DNA from: Candidatus Hydrogenedentota bacterium
Lineage (GTDB): Bacteria; Hydrogenedentota; Hydrogenedentia; Hydrogenedentales; SLHB01
Length of the DNA stretch: 45,239 nt
Assembly (NCBI GenBank): GCA_045863295.1
Contig: BTWA01000045.1
Coordinates: 1 to 45,239, forward strand
Direction of reading: 5' to 3'
Both the position numbers and the translations under genes were made by a program. The notes under the pieces were generated by a model, which was not told where the DNA came from, made no database searches, and was given only the letters and a program-made list of their open reading frames with translations. Each line of letters begins with the position of its first letter. Positions within the stretch are counted from its first letter, which is position 1. Of the stretch, positions 27,377 through 37,161 are shown piece after piece.

Positions 27377-27428
27377 GCCTCGTTTTCTTCCAATGCGGTA
27401 CGGACCAAGCCGCCGCCTTCACACAAAA

Positions 27429-28868
27429 TCAGGAACCGCCCTTGGACAGTTCGCTTCGCAGTATCTCGTTCGCCAGCTTCGGGTTGACCTTGCCTTGTGT
27501 GGCCTTCATCAACTGGCCCACCAAAAAGCCAAATGCCCGTTCTTTGCCACTGCGAAAATCCGACACCGGCCCGGGATTCGCCTCAATCACTTCGCGCACG
27601 GCCGCTTCGATGGCCCCATGGTCACTGATCTGAACCAACCCTTTTTCTAAAACCAGGGACTTCGCATCCTTGCCCGAAGAGTACATCTCCGGCAGGATCT
27701 CTTTGGCCATCTTACCGCTAATTGTACCATCCTCGATCAACAGAATCATGCCCGCAAGACGCTCAGGGGTCACCGGACTGTCCGGCAAGGCCGTTTTCGA
27801 GGCCGCCAGAATTCCCTGCAATTCCACTGTAAGCCAATTGCTTGCAGCTTTCGCGGGAGCACCGCATTGGACCATCGTCTCGAAGAAATCCGCCATCCCG
27901 CGCGAACCGGTCAGCACGCCCGCATCGTATCCAGACAAACCATAGCTCGACTCGAACCGCGCCTTGCGCGCCTTGGGAAGTTCCGGCAACGATTCGCGAA
28001 TCCGTTGTTCCCATGCCTCATCCACAACAATAGGCGCCAAATCGGGATCTGGAAAATACCGGTAATCGTGGGCGGATTCTTTGGCCCGCTGCGAAAACGT
28101 GATCCCCTTGTCCGCATCCCAACCACGGGTCTCTTGCACAATCGTGCCGCCTTCGCTCAACACCTGCTGCTGACGCGCAATTTCAAAATCAATCGCCTTG
28201 TGCGTGCCGCTGAACGACGCCACATTCTTCACTTCGGTCTTGGTGCCGAATTCCGTTGCTCCCATCGGACGAATGCTGATATTCGCCTCAGCCCGAAGGG
28301 ACCCCTCTTCCATGTTGCAGTCGCTGACCCCAAGATACCCAAGTATCTGCTTCAACGAGGTCAAATACGCATAAGCCTCGTCGGCGCTCGAAATGTCCGG
28401 CTCGGTCACGATTTCCAGCAAGGGAATGCCGCAACGGTTGAAGTCGATTCCGCTCACGCCGCCGCCCAGCGTGTGTGTATTGCTCGCCGTGTCTTCTTCG
28501 ATATGCGCGCGGCGAATGCCAATACGCTTGGTCTTCCCGTCCACTTCGATCTCAAGATAGCCATCGTGGCAAAGCGGCAGATCGTACTGGCTTATCTGAT
28601 AGTTCTTCGCAAGATCGGGATAAAAATAGTTCTTGCGATCCATCTTCGACCAGCGCGAGATCGTGCAATTCAAGGCAAGCCCTACCGCAATCGCATACTC
28701 CACCGCCTTCTTGTTGATCACCGGCAACGTGCCCGGCAAGCCCAATGATACCGGGCTGATATTCGTATTCGGCGCGGCATGAAAATTCGTGCTCGACGAA
28801 CAGAACATCTTCGATTCCGTCGCCAACTGTACGTGGACTTCCATCCCAATCACGGCTTCGTAGTGCAT
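27429..28868 (-). CDS. gatB: Asp/Glu-tRNA amidotransferase subunit B
   Basis: [55 protein letters not shown]-terminal YqeY-like tail. Confidence 0.97.
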   Translation of the reverse strand: MHYEAVIGMEVHVQLATESKMFCSSSTNFHAAPNTNISPVSLGLPGTLPVINKKAVEYAIAVGLALNCTISRWSKMDRKNYFYPDLAKNYQISQYDLPLCHDGYLEIEVDGKTKRIGIRRAHIEEDTASNTHTLGGGVSGIDFNRCGIPLLEIVTEPDISSADEAYAYLTSLKQILGYLGVSDCNMEEGSLRAEANISIRPMGATEFGTKTEVKNVASFSGTHKAIDFEIARQQQVLSEGGTIVQETRGWDADKGITFSQRAKESAHDYRYFPDPDLAPIVVDEAWEQRIRESLPELPKARKARFESSYGLSGYDAGVLTGSRGMADFFETMVQCGAPAKAASNWLTVELQGILAASKTALPDSPVTPERLAGMILLIEDGTISGKMAKEILPEMYSSGKDAKSLVLEKGLVQISDHGAIEAAVREVIEANPGPVSDFRSGKERAFGFLVGQLMKATQGKVNPKLANEILRSELSKGGS

Positions 28869-28908
28869 CGGTCTTACTTCACCTGTTCATTCAACCCCGC
28901 CGCGGCGC

Positions 28909-30378
28909 TCAAGCCACCGGCGCAGGTTCCATCGTAAAATCCCGGTTCTTCTCGTACGCGTAACCCGTGCGAATCAATGTCTCTTCGTCAAAAGGCTTGC
29001 CCAACAATTGCAAACCCACCGGCAGCTTCGTATCCGTGAATCCACACGGAATCGACATCCCGGGGCCGCCGTAAAGATTCAGCGAAATCGTGTAGATGTC
29101 GCTCAGGTACATTTCCAAGGGGTCGGACGTCTTCGCTCCCAGTTCGAAAGCAGGCGTGGGGGAGGTGGGCGTCGCAATGACGTCGCACACCTTGTACGCC
29201 TCGTCAAAGTCCCGCTTGATCAAGGCTCGTGCCTTTTGGGCCTTCAAATAATAGGCATCGTAATAACCGCTGGAAAGAACATATGTCCCCAACAGTATGC
29301 GACGCTTTACCTCCGGACCGAATCCCTCGGACTTGGTCCGGGTATACAGTTCCAGTGGACTCTTCACGCCCTCCGCGCGATACCCATAACGTACACCGTC
29401 AAACCGCGCAAGGTTCGCGCTCGCTTCGGCCGTGCAGATAATGTAATACACCGCAATCGCATACTCGGCATGGGGGAGATCGACCTCCACCAATTGCGCG
29501 CCCTGCTTCTCCAGCACCGACAATGCCGATTCAATCTTGGCCCGCATCTCCGCGCCAAGACCCTCCGCGAAATACTGCCTCGGAAGCCCGATGCGCACGC
29601 CCTTCACATCCTCCCGGAGTGCCTGGGTAAAATCTGGCACCGGCAAGTCCGCCGATGTCGAATCCTTGGCGTCATGTCCGCAGATCGTGTTCAGCGTCAA
29701 CGCCATGTCTTCCATGTCCTTGGCGAACGGTCCCACTTGATCCAAAGAAGACGCAAACGCCACCAATCCCCACCGGGACACCCGCCCGTACGTCGGCTTC
29801 AAACCCACGCACCCGCACAGAGCCGCCGGTTGTCGGATCGATCCGCCCGTGTCGCTGCCAAGTGCCACGCTACACATATCCGCCGATACCGCCGCCGCCG
29901 ACCCGCCGCTGGATCCCCCAGGCACGCATTTCAAGTTCCACGGGTTACGCGTCGTCTGCACCGACGAATTCTCCGTGGAAGAACCCATCGCGAACTCGTC
30001 CATGTTCAACTTGCCGACGAAAACCGCCCCCTGGGCTGCCAGACGCTCCACGCAGGTCGCGTCAAAAGGACTGCGATACCCCTTCAATATCTTGGAACAG
30101 CAGGTCGTATACCCCTGCTTGGTGCACAACACATCTTTCAGCCCAATAGGCACCCCGGCAAGCGCACCAGGCGACTGCCCGGCCTTCACCCGCGCATCTA
30201 CTGCCTCGGCCTGCGTCAACGCGCTCTCCCGCCAGACCTCCGTAAACGCCTTGACCTTGTCTTCCACCGACGCAATGCGCCCCAAAAAAGACTCGGCAAC
30301 CTCCACGGCGGACACCCGGCCGGACGTCACCGCGTCCCGGATGGCATGTCCAGTCAATCGATACCACTCGGTGCTCAT
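28909..30378 (-). CDS. gatA: Asp/Glu-tRNA amidotransferase subunit A
   Basis: Amidase signature GKLNMDEFAMGSSTENS, PGGSSGGSAAAV, GSDTGGSIRQPA; EVKRRILLGTYVLSSGYYDAYY. Confidence 0.97.
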   Translation of the reverse strand: MSTEWYRLTGHAIRDAVTSGRVSAVEVAESFLGRIASVEDKVKAFTEVWRESALTQAEAVDARVKAGQSPGALAGVPIGLKDVLCTKQGYTTCCSKILKGYRSPFDATCVERLAAQGAVFVGKLNMDEFAMGSSTENSSVQTTRNPWNLKCVPGGSSGGSAAAVSADMCSVALGSDTGGSIRQPAALCGCVGLKPTYGRVSRWGLVAFASSLDQVGPFAKDMEDMALTLNTICGHDAKDSTSADLPVPDFTQALREDVKGVRIGLPRQYFAEGLGAEMRAKIESALSVLEKQGAQLVEVDLPHAEYAIAVYYIICTAEASANLARFDGVRYGYRAEGVKSPLELYTRTKSEGFGPEVKRRILLGTYVLSSGYYDAYYLKAQKARALIKRDFDEAYKVCDVIATPTSPTPAFELGAKTSDPLEMYLSDIYTISLNLYGGPGMSIPCGFTDTKLPVGLQLLGKPFDEETLIRTGYAYEKNRDFTMEPAPVA

Positions 30379-30381
30379 GGG

Positions 30382-30678
30382 TTACTCCACATCCAGAATT
30401 CGAGGAACCAGAAAATACTCGCCATCCGTCGCCGGCGCATTCGCCAGGGCCGTCTCCCGATCCAACGTCGGAATCGCCTTGTCCTCGCGAAAAACGTTCG
30501 TGATGGGAAGCGTATGCATCATCGGCTCGATCGCGCTCGTATCCAGCTCGTTCAACTTGTCGATATAGCCCAATATGGCGCCCAATTCGTCCACAAGCCG
30601 CTCTTTTTCGGCCTCGTCCATATTCAGTTGCGCCAACGCCGCAACATACTCCACGTCTCTCTTGGTAATGACACTCAT
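30382..30678 (-). CDS. gatC: Asp/Glu-tRNA amidotransferase subunit C (98 aa)
   Basis: C-terminal part of ORF 30382..31281: MSVITKRDVEYVAALAQL...ILGYIDKLNELDT..IEP...NVFRED...ALANAP....YFLVPRIL. Confidence 0.95.
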   Translation of the reverse strand: MSVITKRDVEYVAALAQLNMDEAEKERLVDELGAILGYIDKLNELDTSAIEPMMHTLPITNVFREDKAIPTLDRETALANAPATDGEYFLVPRILDVE

Positions 30679-30823
30679 GGCATTCCCCGCGAATTTTAGG
30701 TACTCTGAGTCGGAATGGACCCGAATCGTATCATATTGGCAAAAACCTTTTCCATGTGCGGCATATACTAAGGCCCCTTTTTGCATGGTTTTACCCGAAC
30801 ACAATGTGGTGAAAACACCAAGC

Positions 30824-31570
30824 ATGGCCGCATTCAAAACCGTCACACACGGCCGCGCCACCTTGCTCGTGCCGGCCAAAGGCGGCGAAGCCGTCGAATA
30901 CGCGCTCGCACACCCCGATGAATGTACACCCGTCGAATCATTGGGAAGGGGAAACCTCCTGAAGTTCAACATGCCCGGTGGTCCCGGATTAATCCGGCCA
31001 TACCGCCGAGGGGGAGCCATGCGCCTGCTCCTCCGGGATCGCTTCTGGCTCGTAAACCGGCCACTGCGTGAATTTCTGGTCCACGTGGCCGCATCGCAAA
31101 GCGGACTCTCCGTTACCGAACCGCTCGGGGTCCGGTTTGAAGTAACCTGGTTAGGACTCGTTTCAGGGGCCATCGCCACCCGTGCGCTTGACGCAATCAC
31201 CCTGCAGGAATGGCTGACCAATAAACCGTCCGAAGCAAGAACCGGCATGCTGCGCCAATGCGGTGCCCAAATCCGGGCCATGCATGACGCCGGAATCTAC
31301 CATGCCGACCTCCAGATTCGTAATATATTGATTACCTCGGAGGGGCCGGTCATCATCGATTTTGACAACGCACGAAAGGTAAAGCAGATAGCCGCATGGA
31401 ACCGCTCGCGCAACCTGCTCCGCCTCCGGCGCTCGTTCACCAAGAACGGATTCTTCACGGAATGCTTCGAAACCGTGCTGGAAGGGTACGGACCACATGC
31501 CATACCACCGTGGTTGGATGCAACATACAAGGCCAAAGGTCGGATTTCAGATTGGATATCGATGCGGTGA
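30824..31570 (+). CDS. LPS kinase family protein (Kdo/WaaP/InaA; KdkA-like)
   Basis: GRG, R.YRRGG, R.LREF, MHDAGIYHADL..RNIL, IIDFD, NLLRLRRS. Start uncertain (30785 or 30824). Confidence 0.82.
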   Translation: MAAFKTVTHGRATLLVPAKGGEAVEYALAHPDECTPVESLGRGNLLKFNMPGGPGLIRPYRRGGAMRLLLRDRFWLVNRPLREFLVHVAASQSGLSVTEPLGVRFEVTWLGLVSGAIATRALDAITLQEWLTNKPSEARTGMLRQCGAQIRAMHDAGIYHADLQIRNILITSEGPVIIDFDNARKVKQIAAWNRSRNLLRLRRSFTKNGFFTECFETVLEGYGPHAIPPWLDATYKAKGRISDWISMR

Positions 31571-31622
31571 ATTCAGTTGGTGTACATTTTAATTTACCTA
31601 AACAGGTATTGGTCCTTCCCTA

Positions 31623-32396
31623 ATGGCTATGAATGTGCTGAAACAAAGCCGACCACTAATGAGACTCGAGTATCTCCAAGAATACTCAATAAACGAGATT
31701 GAATCGGCTATTAATGGCAGCTGGAACATATTGAAGCGTTCTAAAAAGGCGCTTATCGGGCGACATGGCAAATTTGTGCTCAAAAAAAGACCAGGAAGAA
31801 ACGGTATTGAAACAGTAAAGCACATTGCCGAAAACAACCGCAACTCCTGGGATGTAGCTCTCAAATTGATTACATCAGATGTAAGTATTGCATTACCTGT
31901 GGCGTTCGCCGTTTACGGACTAGGACCACTGCACTGGGCCTCCATTACGGTCACGCGTTTCATCGAAGGAGCCATGGACATCGAAGCCTTCGCTGACCAA
32001 ATGGTTGCAAGGGAAGCATCGGAAGTTGAAATCGCGAGTTACCTGGCCAAGATAGCCGCGGCCGTCAACAAATTGAATGCCTCGGGGGTCTACCACAATG
32101 ACTTGGCGGGAAAGAACATCCTGACAACCGACGGTTCCAAGTTCTATTTCATTGACCTGGACGGAATCGAAATGGATCGGCCATACGATCGTGAACATCG
32201 GATGCGAAACCACGTCCAACTCTATGATTCCCTCAATGACCGGTGGGGCGACAGCCAGTTGGTTCCGTTTATCGAACAAATGATGGGACCGGAATCCAAC
32301 ACAAACGCCTGGCTGGATGAGCTCAAGCGACGCCAGCAGACCCGCCGCCAGCGGACCGAAGCCATTTGGCGAAAACAGGGCCGGTTACAAGCCTAA
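31623..32396 (+). CDS. Second LPS kinase family protein (Kdo/WaaP/InaA)
   Basis: P.AF, T.FIEG, LN.SGVYHNDLAGKNIL, FIDLD, R.RN..QL. Confidence 0.75.
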   Translation: MAMNVLKQSRPLMRLEYLQEYSINEIESAINGSWNILKRSKKALIGRHGKFVLKKRPGRNGIETVKHIAENNRNSWDVALKLITSDVSIALPVAFAVYGLGPLHWASITVTRFIEGAMDIEAFADQMVAREASEVEIASYLAKIAAAVNKLNASGVYHNDLAGKNILTTDGSKFYFIDLDGIEMDRPYDREHRMRNHVQLYDSLNDRWGDSQLVPFIEQMMGPESNTNAWLDELKRRQQTRRQRTEAIWRKQGRLQA

Positions 32397-32698
32397 TCCC
32401 GCTTTAACAGCGCACTGGTTTCGCCTTGTTGTACAGTCCAACCCCCGCCCTGGGCCGGCACATAGATCCAGTGCTCGCCGTCCATCCCCGCGAGCTGGCT
32501 TTCCACCTGTATCCACGCGCCATGAACCGCTTTGACCTTCACAGGCCCAACCGGACCGACCAATTCCATTTCCGGCTCGAAAATAGGGGGGAGCAAGGGC
32601 GGTTGCGCCTGCACCTGCGCGCCAGCCAAGCTCAGTACGCCGATGCCGCCAAGCGCGACACCAAAACCGACAAGGCAGGCGGATCGTAGATGAGACAT
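32393..32698 (-). CDS. Small exported hypothetical protein (101 aa)
   Basis: CAGGAG RBS, signal peptide ending AQVQA, short SH3-like beta domain (V.AVHGAWIQV...WI). Confidence 0.6.
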   Translation of the reverse strand: MSHLRSACLVGFGVALGGIGVLSLAGAQVQAQPPLLPPIFEPEMELVGPVGPVKVKAVHGAWIQVESQLAGMDGEHWIYVPAQGGGWTVQQGETSALLKRD

Positions 32699-32823
32699 GG
32701 GTAATTCTCCTGTTCCGTGTGGATTATGAAACACCGGCGGCAGTCGAAACGGCTGTGAGGAAACGCGTCGCCTCAACACAAGTTGACCGGACACCGCAAT
32801 CCCGCACGCGTTGCCTGGCCCGG

Positions 32824-33738
32824 TCAAGAAGGATTCGGAGTAGTCGGTGAACCTGCCGGACCCTTGGTCGAAACGGGACCAAACCCGGCATCCAATTGCG
32901 CCAGCAAGTCTTCCGATGAAATCTGAAAACCTTGGAGGCTCTTCTCTGACAAATGGCCAAATTCGGATTTCGGAGACCGCTGATAAATGGCCATCAACAT
33001 GTCTCGCGCTTCTTTTTCTTTCCCAGGCTGCGTTTCCAGTAGTTTCGCCAGCCGGTACGAAGCCTCTGGCCAGCTCTTGCTGGCCGGACCGAACATTTCC
33101 ACCATGTCACGGTAATGTTCCACGGCGTCAATCATCAGACCTTCGGCTTCCAGCATCTTCCCGGCTTCCATCCAGGCCCCTTGGCGGTTTTGCGGATACG
33201 ACCGGTACACGCGCAACGCACCCCGGATATCGCCCTTCTCACGCAAGCCCTTGGCAACCTTGAACTCCACTTCGGCGTGCAAATTGACAGACTCGTCCGT
33301 AAAAGGAATGGCCCGAACAGCTTGTGTCGCAAGCGAATTCAAAAACAAACGAACGAAAAAGACCGCCGGCGGAATCCAGAAAAGCAACGTCCACGCCAAT
33401 AACGTCACCAAACGGACCCGCGACGTACTGTCTTGGGCGATGACGTCCTCCTCCGACTGCACTGGCGCCGTGTCACGCTGTGCCCCGGGATTCAACTCCA
33501 GCACGTCCCGCACATGCCCAAGACTTTGTTCCGACGTCGCCTGGTGGCGTTCGATCATCGACACAGTCGCGAGCGAATAAATGGCCAATCCCGCAAAACC
33601 TACTATCAACGTGTACCAAACCGGCAGCGACTCACGTGGCCGCCATCTGGGCAACGTGGCCACATACCCCAACCCGCATACCAGCAGACACGAACACACC
33701 AGCCACAAAAACTGGCCAAATGTCGGGAAAAAAACCAT
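32824..33738 (-). CDS. Membrane protein (3 TM) with a C-terminal TPR-like domain
   Basis: Three hydrophobic segments followed by helical repeats (EASYRLAKLLE, PKSEFG). GAGGTG RBS. Confidence 0.65.
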   Translation of the reverse strand: MVFFPTFGQFLWLVCSCLLVCGLGYVATLPRWRPRESLPVWYTLIVGFAGLAIYSLATVSMIERHQATSEQSLGHVRDVLELNPGAQRDTAPVQSEEDVIAQDSTSRVRLVTLLAWTLLFWIPPAVFFVRLFLNSLATQAVRAIPFTDESVNLHAEVEFKVAKGLREKGDIRGALRVYRSYPQNRQGAWMEAGKMLEAEGLMIDAVEHYRDMVEMFGPASKSWPEASYRLAKLLETQPGKEKEARDMLMAIYQRSPKSEFGHLSEKSLQGFQISSEDLLAQLDAGFGPVSTKGPAGSPTTPNPS

Positions 33739-33826
33739 GCCACCTCGTTCGCGCGCGCTCGTTATCCCGTAAACAGGCCATAACGCCCGTCACACACGCT
33801 CGCCTTCATCCTTTTGTCGCACACTA

Positions 33827-33855
33827 AGTATAGAACCGAAAAGCAATGGGGTCAA
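33827..33855 (-). promoter_or_regulatory. Sigma70 promoter for gene 33738..32824
   Basis: Minus strand TTGACC, 17 nt, TATACT. Confidence 0.6.
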
Positions 33856-34048
33856 TTGACACTTGACGGCCTCGCCAATCCCGAACCTTCCCGCGGGAAC
33901 ATGTTCACGTTGCTGATGAGTCCGCTTGCTGGATACCGTCGAAACCAAATCGAATGCGGCTTCCCAAAACGGCAATCGTACGTTCGCTTTGGGCCCTTCG
34001 AGGGGATGGCGTGTCCCCGAATGACAAGCAACCAGCGAGGGGGCGTCT

Positions 34049-34080
34049 CCCTGCATTTTTATTGACGATACAAGGGGGGT
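34049..34080. repeat. Dispersed intergenic motif, copy 1
   Basis: CCCTGCA-N7-TGACGATACAAGGGGGG; the 17-nt core is identical to 43977-43993. Confidence 0.6.
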
Positions 34081-34448
34081 AGAGGCGGCACGCGCGGCGG
34101 TAGTGGAAAGCAGGCTGGGCTTTCGCATTCCTACTCACTGGATGCACGGTCTCTGTGTCCCTCGTTGACTCGCCGTTGCCCCACATTTCGGGGGCGGGTT
34201 CCCGAGCAGCTTGCGCCGGGGAACGAGGGTGAAGATGGCCCCTATAGTTTGGGGCTTTTGTTGCATTTTCTTAGCGGATTGAAACAAGGGTATATGATGG
34301 ATTTACGCGGTTTGCGCATTTGTGGGATGGGGCGGAATTGACTGGGGCGGCGGGGGAAGAGATTACTATTTGATAGGCAGGCCCGGCCGAGCCGGGGGGT
34401 GTTTACTTTGCATTCAAGACGAAGAGGAGACCATACTGGTCATCTGGC

Positions 34449-34473
34449 GTGGCAGGGTCAGAAACCCTGCCAC
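34449..34473. repeat. REP-like palindrome
   Basis: Perfect 10-bp stem GTGGCAGGGT-CAGAA-ACCCTGCCAC with no U-tract. Confidence 0.5.
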
Positions 34474-34709
34474 AACGAGTGCATTCTGTAAAAATGATTG
34501 CGTTTACTGAAAAACTACACTAGTATCGACACGCTGTTGTTTCACGCGTTTCCTTTCTTGTCCCTCGCAACATCCCGAATACGTCGAATATCCATGTGTG
34601 TCGGATCTTGAATTTGTTCCCTGCAAGCTGGTCTCGTCTCCGCACGATTGTCGTGCGGGAGTCCGTAACGAATTGCGATTTTCCTCCTACAAAGAAAGGC
34701 TCCCCTCGC

Positions 34710-35264
34710 ATGTTTCAATCGCGCGCAACCCATCTCTTCTCCCTCTTTCTAATCACTGCAGTATTCGTTGGGGCCTTGCTCGTCCTGAATCGGCCAACGT
34801 TTAGCGCGACGGAAAGCATTGGCAAGCTGGACAAGGCCGACGAAGACGCGGCCCGCGCCGTTGTCATGGGGATCGAGCAGACGTGGAATTCCCACGACAT
34901 GGACGCGATGGGGAAATTGTTTCGGGAGGATGCCGAGTGGATCAATATCGTGGGGATGCATTGGGTGGGAAGAGACGCAATCATGGTAGCGCACACCGCG
35001 TTTCACAAGACGAGTTTTAAGAATTGCAACATGAAGACGGACTCGATTGAATTGCGTTCCATTGCCGACGGCTGTGCTGTCGCCGTGGTAACGACGACGA
35101 TGGACAGCTTCATCACTCCCGCCGGCAATGTGATTCCCAAGGGACAGGATCGACTAACCTATGTCCTTACGAAGCGCTCGGACGGCTGGAGAATTTCACA
35201 CGGGCACAATGTGCAGGTAAATGCTGAGGCCGCCCAACATAACCCCGTCAATGCTCCCAAGTAG
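34710..35264 (+). CDS. Exported SnoaL/NTF2-fold protein (SgcJ/EcaC, DUF4440-like), copy 1
   Basis: Signal/TM N-terminus; WNSHDMDA...LF.EDA.WIN.VG....GR.AI...H; GWRI.HGHN. AGAAAGG RBS. Confidence 0.85.
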   Translation: MFQSRATHLFSLFLITAVFVGALLVLNRPTFSATESIGKLDKADEDAARAVVMGIEQTWNSHDMDAMGKLFREDAEWINIVGMHWVGRDAIMVAHTAFHKTSFKNCNMKTDSIELRSIADGCAVAVVTTTMDSFITPAGNVIPKGQDRLTYVLTKRSDGWRISHGHNVQVNAEAAQHNPVNAPK

Positions 35265-35368
35265 AGCCTCACTCGTTTCCTCAAAAGTAGTTCAGTCTCC
35301 GCACAATTGTCGTGCGGGAGGCCGTAGCGAATTGCCGTTTTCCTCCTACAAAGAAAGGCTCCCCTCGC

Positions 35369-35923
35369 ATGATTCAATCGCGCGCAACCCATCTCTTCTC
35401 CCTCCTTCTAATTACTGCAATATTCGTTGGGGCCTTGCTCGTCCTGAATCGGCCAACGTTTGGCGCGACGGAAAGCATCGGCAAGCTGGACAAGGCCGAC
35501 GAAGACGCGGTTCGAGCCGTTGTCATGTGGATCGAGCAGACTTGGAATTCCCACGACATGGACGCGATGGGAAAGCTCTTTCGAGATGATGCCGAATTCA
35601 TAAACGTCGTCGGAATGCATTGGCACGGCAGAGATGCCGTAATGGCAGCGCACACCGCGTATCATAAGACGATGTTCAAGAACCACAGCATCAAGACGGA
35701 CTCCAGCGAAATACGTTCCATCTCGGATGGCTGCGCCATCGCCGTCGTAACCACGACGAATGACAGCTTCACAACGCCCGCCGGAAACGTTGTTCCCCAA
35801 AGGCAAAATCGCCAAACCTACGTGCTAACAAAGCGCTCCGACGGCTGGAAAATAGCACACGGACATAACGTGCCCGTTGATCCAGAAGCCGCCCAGCATG
35901 ACCCCGTGAACGCTCCAAAATAA
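35369..35923 (+). CDS. Exported SnoaL/NTF2-fold protein (SgcJ/EcaC, DUF4440-like), copy 2
   Basis: Same motifs and length as copy 1. Confidence 0.85.
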   Translation: MIQSRATHLFSLLLITAIFVGALLVLNRPTFGATESIGKLDKADEDAVRAVVMWIEQTWNSHDMDAMGKLFRDDAEFINVVGMHWHGRDAVMAAHTAYHKTMFKNHSIKTDSSEIRSISDGCAIAVVTTTNDSFTTPAGNVVPQRQNRQTYVLTKRSDGWKIAHGHNVPVDPEAAQHDPVNAPK

Positions 35924-36044
35924 ACCTGATCTAAGAACAAAGCGAAGCGTTTCCAGCGCGCGTCTGCAAGCAATGCTTGGGAACTAGTTGGAACGGATTT
36001 GGAAGGAAGAAGGGTTGCAACGCAAGCAGAAAAGCGTTAAGAAA

Positions 36045-37149
36045 CAGGCTTGCGGGCAGGGATTCATTTGGGCCTATGACCATTTGCCTGTTCGTCGGGT
36101 GCGCGACTTCCCGGTGTGGGGCCGTCGTTGCTGGATAGCCTTTGCGCCTGCCCGTGTGGCTTGTCCGGATTGCGGCGTGCATGTGGAGAGGCTGGATTGG
36201 ATCGAACCGCGGGAGCGGCAGACCTTGCGCTACGAGCGGTACGTGTCGGTCCTGTGCGGATTGATGCCTGCCTTGGATGTGGCCGAACTCGAAGAACTGG
36301 ACAAGAGCACGGTATACCGGATTGACCGCAAGCGGTTGGAGCGCCGGGAGGCTTTGCGCGTGAGCCATCCCGTGCGCTACTTGGGGATTGACGAGATTGC
36401 TGTTCGCAAAGGCCACCGCTATGCGACCCTATTCTACGACCTCCATCGCCGCGAAGTTATTGGCGGCGTATTGGGCAGGGAGCAGAAGGCCGTCAATCGC
36501 TTCTTTCGCCGGTTCGGCAAAGACGCCTGCGCCCGTTGTCGAGGCGGTATGCACAGACCTGTGGAGCGCCTATCACAACAGCGTTAAACGCTATATGAAA
36601 CAGGCCACGATGGTCTTCGGCAAGTTTCACGTCTTCGGGTATCTCAGCGAGGCCATCGACCAAGTGCGCCGCGACGAGCAAAACCGCACCTTGAAGGAAG
36701 GCGGATACGAGCTCATCAAAGGTTCGCGCTGGCTCTGGCTCAAGAGCTGCGGCAAACCCAAACGCAAGGAACAACAAAGCCTCGACGAGATCATGGCGCA
36801 AAACAGAAGCCTGCAAAAGGCCTATCTCTTGAAGGAGGATTTCGCGGATTTCTACGCATGCCAATCCCACGAAGAGGCCCGAATCTTCCTGAAAGACTGG
36901 ACGCACCGATGCGAACGAAGCGGCCTGCTTCCATTCAAAGAACTCGCCAAAAGGCTCAGCCGCTGGAAGAAAGGTATCCTTGCCCACTTCGAACACCGAA
37001 TCACAAACGCCGTGTCCGAAGGCATCAACAACAATATCAAAGTCCTCAAGCGAAGAAGCTACGGATTCCACGACTTCAAGTATTTTCTGCTCAAAATCAT
37101 GGATGCAACGGGGACATTGCCTACACTAAAACCTTTACCCCACACTTAA
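36045..37149 (+). pseudogene. ISL3-family transposase, frameshifted and 5'-truncated
   Basis: Partial zinc finger (CG...RV.CPDCG), LGIDE...KGHRY in one frame; AVCTDLW..Y, KFHV, R.LWLK, AY.LKE, ITNAVSEGINN.IK.LKRRSYGF in another. One extra base at about 36531-36537. Left boundary approximate. Confidence 0.88.
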
Positions 37150-37161
37150 ACGGAAAGAACC
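36045..37161 (+). mobile_element. Decayed ISL3 insertion sequence; right end only
   Basis: CCACACTTAAACGGAAAGAACC directly after the transposase (reverse complement GGTTCTTT...) matches ISL3-type termini. No matching left IR was seen. Confidence 0.7.

Larger units (their letters stand above)
34636..35923 (+). repeat. Tandem duplication, unit offset 659 bp (about 75 nt leader plus CDS)
   Basis: 34636-35264 and 35295-35923 are colinear without indels in the CDS; both CDSs are 555 nt. Confidence 0.92.

Noticed and set aside
29008..30699. 563-aa + strand ORF and similar long antisense ORFs (27867-28748, 41785-43134, 20111-21154, 44291-45238)
   Set aside because: These are antisense shadows of well-supported genes in GC-rich DNA and have no recognisable motifs.
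30679..31281. Long N-terminal extension of GatC in the ORF track
   Set aside because: It is antisense to the LPS-kinase gene; GatC similarity starts at ATG 30678.
33790..34186. Short ORFs in the large intergenic region
   Set aside because: They have no RBS or motifs, and the longest runs through the predicted promoter of the 33738 gene.
34710..35923. Diversity-generating retroelement TR/VR pair
   Set aside because: Differences are not restricted to adenines of either copy and are mostly synonymous; both copies are intact genes; there is no reverse transcriptase in the window.
36525..36545. Programmed frameshift in the ISL3 transposase
   Set aside because: There is no slippery heptamer, ISL3 transposases are normally single ORFs, and other signs of decay are present.
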